Position numbers and translations under genes: made by a program
Shown here: positions 55,326 through 64,000 of the stretch, piece by piece
Position numbering within the stretch: position 1 is the stretch's first letter
Layout of the letters: every line of letters begins with the position of its first letter
Notes under the pieces: model-generated
Seen by the model: the letters and a program-made list of their open reading frames with translations, nothing else
What the model was told of the DNA's origin: nothing
The model's database searches: none
Assembly (NCBI GenBank): GCA_018985235.1
Contig: JADGIG010000004.1
Span: forward strand, 1 to 64,000
Direction of reading: 5' to 3'
From: Sanchytrium tribonematis
Lineage: Eukaryota
DNA: 64,000 nucleotides

Positions 55326-58300
55326 TTATTCTGAATCTATAAGCTGCAATTTCTCTATCGTATCACCAATGGCAAATATTTCAGATTTGAAAACCTCGAT
55401 TTTTTCCTTATTTTGAGTACGTACTTCTTCTGGCACTTTGGACTCATAGTCTGCCATATTTACCAATTTTTGAGTGGATTTTAGCCCTGACTCAGCTTTC
55501 ATAACCTTCTTAGAAAGCTTAGATATCTCTTTTTTGATATCTATTTGACCTTTCACTAACAAATAAATTGCAACCGAAGGCGATACAGTCTGAATCATGC
55601 AGCCCTGTGGAACTTCATCTCCTTTACCCAAAACACTCAAGACGTCCAGACCCTTGACGAGACTTTGAACCAATGATGCCTCTGTAGAATAAATATTGAA
55701 TTCTGATTCGGATTTAACATGGAGATAGACTAATTTAGAGAATATTACCAGTAGCTTTAGAATTTATGTTGTATTGGGCCATTATGGAACGAATGTTACC
55801 AATTACCTTGACAACGTCGTCAAAAGAGTTCATAGAAGCTTCATCATAAAACTTCTCTTCGAATTGGGGATATGATGATATCGTTATAGATTCCTTGTCT
55901 TGCTTTTTTCTTGGAAGCCGTTGCCAAAGTTCCTCTGTTACAAAAGGCATAAATGGATGCATCATTCGCAACGCTGAATCTAATGCGAAATATAAAGTAT
56001 TTCTCACAGAATTTTGCTTTTGTGTATCTGTTTCTAAGTCGAGTAATACTTTAGTAGCCTCAATATATACATCACACAGCTCGTTTAAGAAATATTTATA
56101 AACTGATGACGTTGCTTGCATAAAGTTATAAGTTTCGAAGTGTGCTTCTACATCTCTTGCTGCCAAAACCAATTTAGCCAGTATCCATTTTTCTGCCAAA
56201 GAGATTGGTACAAAAGTTTCCTCAGGCTTAAAATCTTCCCCTAATTTCATCATTCCAAATTTGATAGCATTCCACATTTTGTTACAAAATTTTCGATAGC
56301 CTTCAACTCGTAATATATCAAGATTAATAGACTGTCCATCATTTGTGTAGGAGCAAAGTGCGAATCTCAAGGCATCGGTTCCACATTGTGGAATACCATT
56401 TGGATAAGATTGCTTTTGTCCCTGTTTGGCTGTGTTGACTTCTTTTTCATCCAAATTGCTTTCATTTAGCTTATTGTGTAAATACTCCAGCGTTATCCCT
56501 TCAATCACATCTACAGGATTGACAACATTTCCAAGTGATTTTGACATTTTACGTCCCTGAGCGTCCCTAACCATTGCATGGCAAAACACTCTTTTGAAAG
56601 GCACCTGGTCAGTCAACAACAATCCCATCATCACCATTCTTGCGACCCAAAAAAACAAGATATCTTTTCCTGTCTCTAGTAAAGCATTGGGGTAAAACTT
56701 GCCTAGATCTAAAGTGTCGTCAGGCCAACCCAATGTTACAAAAGGCCATAAAGCGGAAGAAAACCAAGTATCTAATACATCAGGATCTTGCTTGATTGTG
56801 ACCTGTCCAAGTTTTTCAAAGCGAGATTTTGCTTTTTCTAATGCAGATTTTTCATCATCAGAGACAATCCAATTTGAGTCGTCATTTTCATTCAACGGAT
56901 TACCATCAATGTGGACCAAATATGCAGGTACCGTATGACCCCACCATAATTGTCGCGAGAGACACCAATCTTGGATATTCTCGAGCCATCGATACCACTC
57001 CTTTTCGCTTAATTCCGGTTGAATCTTAAGTTCACCATTTTTCACTGCATCGACTGAACGTTTTGCTATTTCTTTACAATTCATCCACCATTGTGGTTTA
57101 AGTCGAGGTTCAATAATGTCACCAGATCTAGAGCAGATTGGAATCTGCATTGTATGATTCTTGACTCCAACAAATAATTTTCGATCCTCTAAAAATTTCA
57201 TTATTTCTTCGCGAGCATCAAATCTCATCAGGCCTTTAAATCTCCCTGCATTATCGTTTAAACTTCCATCATCGTTGAGAATGTCAATAAATTGTAAATT
57301 ATGTCTCTTACCAATATCGTAATCATTTGGATCATGGGCAGGTGTGATCTTGACAACACCTGTTCCGAATTCGATGTCAACATACGAGTCCTTTATGACT
57401 GGTAGAAGTCTATCATGAATCGGATGTTTAACAAAAAGACCGTGGTATTTTTTGTACCTTTCATCATCAGGGTTAACTGCAACTGCGGTGTCCCCTAGCA
57501 TGGTTTCTAATCTAGTTGTTGCGATAACCAACTTTTCACCAGTTTTTACTCCGTCTTTATTGCAAACTTCGTACTCAAATTCAACTAATACTCCAAACAT
57601 GTATTTTTTCTTTGGGTTATGTCCAGGGACATTCAACATGGTTTTTCCTTTTAATTCTTTCTGATCTACCTCTAAATTTGACAAGGCCGTATTAAGTTTT
57701 GAGCACCAATTAACAAGTTTGGTGTCTCGATAAATCAATCCTTTTTCATGTCCGATAATAAAAGCTCGATTGACAGCCTTGACAACTTTTGAATCCATCG
57801 TAAACACTACTCGATCCCAGTCAAAGCTTCCACCCAACCTACTCATTTGATCATAAATTCTGTGCCCATAATCATCTTTCCACTCCCAAACTTTCTTTAA
57901 AAATAAATCGCGACCTAAATCGTGTCTTGTCTTTTTTTCTTTTTTATATATTTGCTTCTCCACTACACTTTGGGTTGCTATTCCTGCATGGTCACAACCT
58001 GGAACATATAATGCAGCATCACCTTTCATTCTGTGATAACGAATCAAAGAATCCTGTACAGCTGTAGTCAACGCGTGCCCAATGTGCAAATAACCCGTCA
58101 CATTTGGAGGAGGAAAAGTTATCACGTATGGTTTTCCATTTGGATTAATTTCAGGTTTGAAAAATCCTTTGGTTTGCCACCAATCCTGCCAAGCAGCCTC
58201 AACCGCTTCCGGATCGTATTTCGCTTGGAATTCGCCTAATACTTTCTTTTCGCCTTTCGGCGTAACATTTACATACTTCTCGGCCTGTTCGTAATCTACA

Positions 58301-58437
58301 GTTTTACGAGTGGCAATAGCGTCTTCTGATTTCGAAGGCTTCAAATTCGAATTGTTTTTTTGCTTGGCGGCGAACTTCGCTAATTTTTCTAGCTTCTTCA
58401 GTTGCTTTGCGCTTAAAGGTTTGGCGCTTTTTTCCAT
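55326..58437 (-). CDS. VAS1: Valine-tRNA ligase (2 exons)
   Basis: PPPNVTGYLHIGH, DWCLSRQLWWGH, KMSKS; C-terminal coiled-coil exon joined across intron 55730-55748. Confidence 0.97.
55730..55748 (-). other. 19-nt spliceosomal intron
   Basis: ACTG|gtaatattctctaaattag|TCTAT, in frame with ORF 55326-55673. Confidence 0.92.
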
Positions 58438-58478
58438 TAATTTTAAAGTTGTACGAAACGTCGGAGTGATAGAGACAG

Positions 58479-58796
58479 ATGCAACTTGTAAGATTTGTCC
58501 AGAAACTTAAGAATGAAACCGTTAGTATTGAACTCAAAGACAATACCGTAATAGAAGGTACAATCCAGTCTGTCGATATTTCTATGAATATACATTTGAA
58601 GATGGTGAAGAAGACATATAAAGGAGAGTCATTTAGTTTAGACTCTTTAGCAGTCCGAGGATCCACAATCCGGATAATAATTCTACCAGACTCATTGCCT
58701 TTAGACAATCTGCTTGTAGATGACACCCAATACACAAAAACAGGTAAAAAGAAGGAAGCTAATGTAAAATTGCGAAAAAATCATCCAATAAAATAA
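58479..58796 (+). CDS. SMD1: snRNP core protein Sm D1
   Basis: [41 protein letters not shown]. Confidence 0.95.
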   Translation: MQLVRFVQKLKNETVSIELKDNTVIEGTIQSVDISMNIHLKMVKKTYKGESFSLDSLAVRGSTIRIIILPDSLPLDNLLVDDTQYTKTGKKKEANVKLRKNHPIK

Positions 58797-58814
58797 TTTG
58801 GCAAATTCTGTAAC

Positions 58815-59971
58815 ATGCAATTTTCTAAAATTATCCAGAGAGAATTTTCAACAAAAATATTGAAGAATAAAGCGCCACCCGCTGAGGGATTTATGGCAGG
58901 TTTGGACACTTCTCAATTTATTTTAAACAACGAGGACTTGGCCAAAAAATATTTCCCAAATTCAGATACATTCGTCAAATTAAATATGTGCCAAGCTATA
59001 AACGACGCACTGAGTATAACACTCGAAAAAGATGAGAAAGCCGTGGTATTTGGAGAGGATGTTGCTTTCGGTGGTGTCTTCAGGTGCACCTTGAATCTAG
59101 CCCAGCGATTTGGTAAAGAAAGAGTTTTCAATACTCCATTGACAGAACAGGGTATCGCTGCATTTGGAATAGGTATGGCATCCGTTGGTGCTACACCAAT
59201 AGCTGAAATTCAATTTGCTGATTATGTTTTCCCAGCCTTTGATCAACTTGTAAATGAAGCCGCCAAATATCGATATAGATCCGGAAATCAATTTAATGTT
59301 GGGGGGCTTACCGTCCGAATGCCATGTTCAGCTGTAGGACATGGCGGGCATTATCATTCCCAATCCGTAGAAGCCTACTTCATGCATTGCGCCGGATTAA
59401 AAATTGTAACCCCGAGGTCTCCCAGCCAAGCGAAAGGACTTCTTCTTGCCTCCATTAGAGATAAAAATCCAGTTTTATTTCTTGAACCAAAAATTTTATA
59501 TAGGGCGGCAGTAGAACATGTACCAGATAAAGATTTTGAAATTGAGATTGGGAAAGCTGAAATTATTAAAACAGGAAAAGATATAACTATGGTTGCATGG
59601 GGTTCTCAACTTTATGTTTGCGAGCAGGCCATTAAGATGGCAGAAAAAGCATTACCAGGAGTAAGTATAGAATTAATAGACCTAAAAACTCTTTCACCAT
59701 GGGATGCTAAAACACTTGAAGAAGTTTATCCATTTTAATGTAGTCAGTTACAAAAACCGGGAGGTGTATAATAGCTCATGAAGCTCCTTTGACTGTAGGA
59801 GCTGGAGCTGAAATCGCAGCGAGACTTCAAGAAAAATGCTTTTTGCATCTCGAAGCCCCAATACAAAGAGTGACTGGTTGGGATACCCCATTTCCTCTGG
59901 TATTTGAGAAATATTATGTTCCAAGTGCTGTCCGCTGCTTCGATGCCATCAAAAGAGTAATGTCGTTTTAA
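58815..59971 (+). CDS. BCKDHB: Branched-chain 2-oxoacid dehydrogenase E1 beta (2 exons)
   Basis: [24 protein letters not shown]; after the intron [15 protein letters not shown]. Confidence 0.96.
59724..59743 (+). other. 20-nt spliceosomal intron
   Basis: GAA|gtttatccattttaatgtag|TCA restores SVxKTGR. Confidence 0.94.
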
Positions 59972-60000
59972 AATTCGAATAAATTAGATATCTGAAACTA

Positions 60001-60132
60001 ATGAAAAAGCCCGATTCTGTAATTTTATTGCAATTGTATGCAGCTCTATGTGTAGAAAAAAGAACTAAAAAGAATTTGACTCATGAAATTCTAGACTGGA
60101 CAGACATCCAGGATCCATTTCACTTTGAGTAA
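60001..60132 (+). CDS. Candidate 43-aa microprotein
   Basis: MKKPDSVILLQLYAALCVEKRTKKNLTHEILDWTDIQDPFHFE*, preceded by TCTGAAACTA, in an otherwise unexplained 200-bp gap. Confidence 0.4.
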   Translation: MKKPDSVILLQLYAALCVEKRTKKNLTHEILDWTDIQDPFHFE

Positions 60133-60174
60133 AAAGCTCGAAAATGTAAAATAAAATTGTGTGATATTTATTGA

Positions 60175-61547
<1,373 letters not shown>

Positions 61548-61628
61548 ATGTTTGAAAAAACATTTGATAATAACTGGGTCTATTGCAAATTTTATTTCTT
61601 GGAATAATGATATTATGTATTTATTTAA

Positions 61629-61900
61629 ATCCTTACCAAACGAAAGCCTTCATGAAGGGCATAGAGAAATATCTACAAGAAAATATTCATTTTGAACTTG
61701 GCTTGTACACGGACCTGCCACTTGGAAAAGAAGAGTCAACTAGTATTAAATGGCGCTTGAAACGATGCTATAAGAACCATTGCGATACTAATAGCCTAAC
61801 AGGCGCCACTAACATTTTCTTCGATTTGACTTTGACATTGAAACACACTGTGATAAAAAGACAAATTTGCCGTCGGATTTTCATTTAAATTTTCGACAGA
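61629..61900 (+). ncRNA. Candidate structured RNA, possibly a divergent U1 snRNA
   Basis: ATCCTTACC, loop TTCATGAAG, loop CCATTGC atop nested stems, AAATTTG, then a terminal hairpin; G-U pairs favour the + strand. Confidence 0.4.
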
Positions 61901-61974
61901 TACATGGTTGGCATGAGTTTCCAGAAGCGCCTTGTCCTCGAAATTATTTAAATGTTCCATTTCTCCGTCTAAAG

Positions 61975-63117
61975 ATGCTTCGCACTGCAACAACTCACAA
62001 AACAGACGTTGATTATTTTAAGCAATTTTCGAATTTGTATTTTTGCAGACTACAGCAAATTAAGCAGGATCTATTGAAGGTATTAAGAAGCAAAAACTTA
62101 GAACCGCTGGAAAAAGTTAGTGACATCGCAGACTTTGAAAATGACAAGTGTATAGTTATTGGGATAGTATTTCAAGATAAAAAAGTACAAGACTACTCTA
62201 AAATTGGAAAACTGGACTATTTAAATTCATTTTATTTAGAGGATGAGTATTCTCGCATTCCGCTTGACAGAAACGGACAAATACTTTTGAGCGGTAGCGT
62301 CGTTGCGGTGGAAGGGCTAATTAGTACAGATAAGATTGTAATTCAAAATATTCATTACCCATACAATTTCACAGAAGTTCCTCGAAATATTGTTATGGAG
62401 CAAAAATGGATATGTTTATTGAGTGGAATGGAAATGGGTGGAGAAAACAATACAGAATCGCTCAGTTTATTACATCATCTTTTAAGTGGACAAGCAATGG
62501 GTATTCCACTGGATATTTTGGAAAATCTCAATGCAATTGTGATTATTGGAGATTCATTCCATTGCCTTAGCCAGAAAACAATTGAGAATATGAATGCATT
62601 CGTGGGAAATTTATCCCAGTATCACAATATAGTGTTGGTGCCTTCAGCAAGCGACCCCACTACCGTAGCATTACCAAACAGCCCCATTCCTCTCCATCTG
62701 ATACCTAAAGCATTGCAAACTGTTTCCTCGGTTGAAAATCCTGCTATCTTTCAGTCAGAAGATGGACATGTTATATTCTCTTCTGGCGATGCGATCAACA
62801 ATATCACGAAGGTGCTCAAGTCTAGTGGTATGGAAATGAGTTCCATCGATATTGCCAGAACCTTGGTCAAGTGCAAGCATTTAGCCCCATGTTGCCCAGA
62901 TACTCTGCCTTGTATACCGAGCTATTCTGTGGACCCTCTTTATCTTAAAGAAACTCCTGATTATCTATTTATTGGTAATATGAATGATGTTAAAGACGCA
63001 ATAGTGGGAAAATGCAGAATTATTTTGGTGCCAAATTTTACAGCAACTGGCAAAGTCGTGTTTTATAATTTTGAGCAGAACATTTACAAGATTGTATCCA
63101 TAAGTAAAGATTGTTGA
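61975..63117 (+). CDS. POL31: DNA polymerase delta small subunit
   Basis: QFSNLYFCRL, LEDEYSRI, DPT...P..P, HLAPCCPDTL, PDYLFIGN; ATG 61975 preceded by TTTCTCC. Confidence 0.92.
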   Translation: MLRTATTHKTDVDYFKQFSNLYFCRLQQIKQDLLKVLRSKNLEPLEKVSDIADFENDKCIVIGIVFQDKKVQDYSKIGKLDYLNSFYLEDEYSRIPLDRNGQILLSGSVVAVEGLISTDKIVIQNIHYPYNFTEVPRNIVMEQKWICLLSGMEMGGENNTESLSLLHHLLSGQAMGIPLDILENLNAIVIIGDSFHCLSQKTIENMNAFVGNLSQYHNIVLVPSASDPTTVALPNSPIPLHLIPKALQTVSSVENPAIFQSEDGHVIFSSGDAINNITKVLKSSGMEMSSIDIARTLVKCKHLAPCCPDTLPCIPSYSVDPLYLKETPDYLFIGNMNDVKDAIVGKCRIILVPNFTATGKVVFYNFEQNIYKIVSISKDC

Positions 63118-63444
63118 TTATTTCGTGGACAATTTGACATATGCGTTTGTCAATAAAGATTTGTACACTAAACCTTGGGTATTTCTAAATGCATGATACT
63201 CGTTAATGTTGCGAGCCGTGCTCTTCGTGTTTAGCAGAATAGGGATATATTTTGATCCTTTCATTTGCTTCAAGCTTGATGAGATTTGCTGCGAATCCAT
63301 TGGAGTATGAAATACCTTTTTGATAGCGTTTACTGCTTCTTCGTTAAATTCTTTATCTGTATCTATTTTCTGCACAATTTCATTCTCCCATTTTTCAATT
63401 AGCAAGGAAATATCCAAGTTCATTGTTATGGGGGAATCTGACAT
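63118..63444 (-). CDS. Hypothetical protein
   Basis: ATG 63444 ORF whose stop abuts the POL31 stop. Confidence 0.55.
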   Translation of the reverse strand: MSDSPITMNLDISLLIEKWENEIVQKIDTDKEFNEEAVNAIKKVFHTPMDSQQISSSLKQMKGSKYIPILLNTKSTARNINEYHAFRNTQGLVYKSLLTNAYVKLSTK

Positions 63445-63543
63445 AATTTTTCCATTCGAAAAAAATGCAGATTTTAAGAATCTCAAAGAAAAACAAACCA
63501 ATCAAAGGCCCACCATAACTTGCACGTTGATCAATTTATTCGA

Positions 63544-63888
63544 TTAGCCCAAATAGTTGCTTACAAATGCATTTAATACGACTGCGCAGGCAACAAACTC
63601 TGCAAATTCGACAGGTTTCTCGGCATTTCTTAAATTTGCCACCAATACGAAGCAGCCTACGGAATATATAAATGATGCCAAAAAAGCATTAAAAGGAAAT
63701 GATCCTGATAAAGCGCAATATGCAAAGATTAAAATACCTGTAAACATACAAAAAACCAAATAGGTATCTAAGAACTGGGTCAATGAATCTGTAGTTTTGT
63801 AGTATGAAGTTTCTTTAACAGGACTTGTAGGTGAAGCGTCACTAAATTCTGCCGAATTATTTTTCGATTTGGACTTGGACTTTGCCAT
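63544..63888 (-). CDS. OST2: Oligosaccharyltransferase subunit Ost2/DAD1
   Basis: LDTYL...GSFPFNAFL...FAEF...NYLG. Confidence 0.95.
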   Translation of the reverse strand: MAKSKSKSKNNSAEFSDASPTSPVKETSYYKTTDSLTQFLDTYLVFCMFTGILIFAYCALSGSFPFNAFLASFIYSVGCFVLVANLRNAEKPVEFAEFVACAVVLNAFVSNYLG

Positions 63889-64000
63889 TTAATGTTTCAA
63901 AAATTTAGAAATTCAATTTATTTTCAAATCAAATCAAGGCGTGCTGCATATAAAGCATTTTTCTAACCATGAAATATTCACGGCTAATCACACCCTCTAT

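Noticed and set aside
61660..61945. TPP riboswitch, RNase P, SRP or U2 readings of the structured block
   Set aside because: Only fragments match (GAGAAAT...TTGAACTTG; minus-strand GGAAACTC and GTATCTGT); the diagnostic cores (TPP GAUC..AAU arm, RNase P CR-V/P4, SRP helix 8, U2 GUGUAGUA) are absent
61583..61974. 101-aa ORF (61583-61888), minus ORF 61796-61993 and the TTG-started N-terminal extension of POL31
   Set aside because: No recognisable homology, non-ATG starts, and POL31 has a motif-preceded ATG at 61975; the region is better explained as structured RNA, though coding is not excluded

Overview
AT-rich, extremely gene-dense eukaryotic nuclear DNA. The gene set looks fungal (ERT1/AcuK-type PAS factor, NoxR, MRX11, Scp160, UreF), and a ciliary FAM92/CIBAR gene suggests an early-diverging zoosporic lineage; the taxon is an inference. 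About 50 protein genes and one tRNA-Ile(AAT) are packed with spacers often only 0-50 bp long. Main result: the 'split' ORFs in the track rejoin into conserved proteins once ultra-short GT-AG introns are removed. I found 13 well-supported introns (12 of 19 nt, 1 of 20 nt) plus one weaker 19-nt candidate. They share a fused branch-point/acceptor (TAAYKTAG, A at -6), have almost no donor consensus beyond GT(A), and lie almost entirely in the 3' half of genes. The window also encodes trimmed spliceosome parts (Prp5 without a recognisable DPLD motif, shortened Snu114, SmD1) and a structured non-coding block with U1-snRNA-like motifs in the expected order. Other finds missing from the ORF track: a tandem pair of Ecl1-like zinc-finger microproteins behind a GATA/AP-1/E-box-rich promoter, two recurrent start-proximal motifs, and a 76-bp convergent coding overlap. 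All family calls come from motif recognition by eye; no searches were run.
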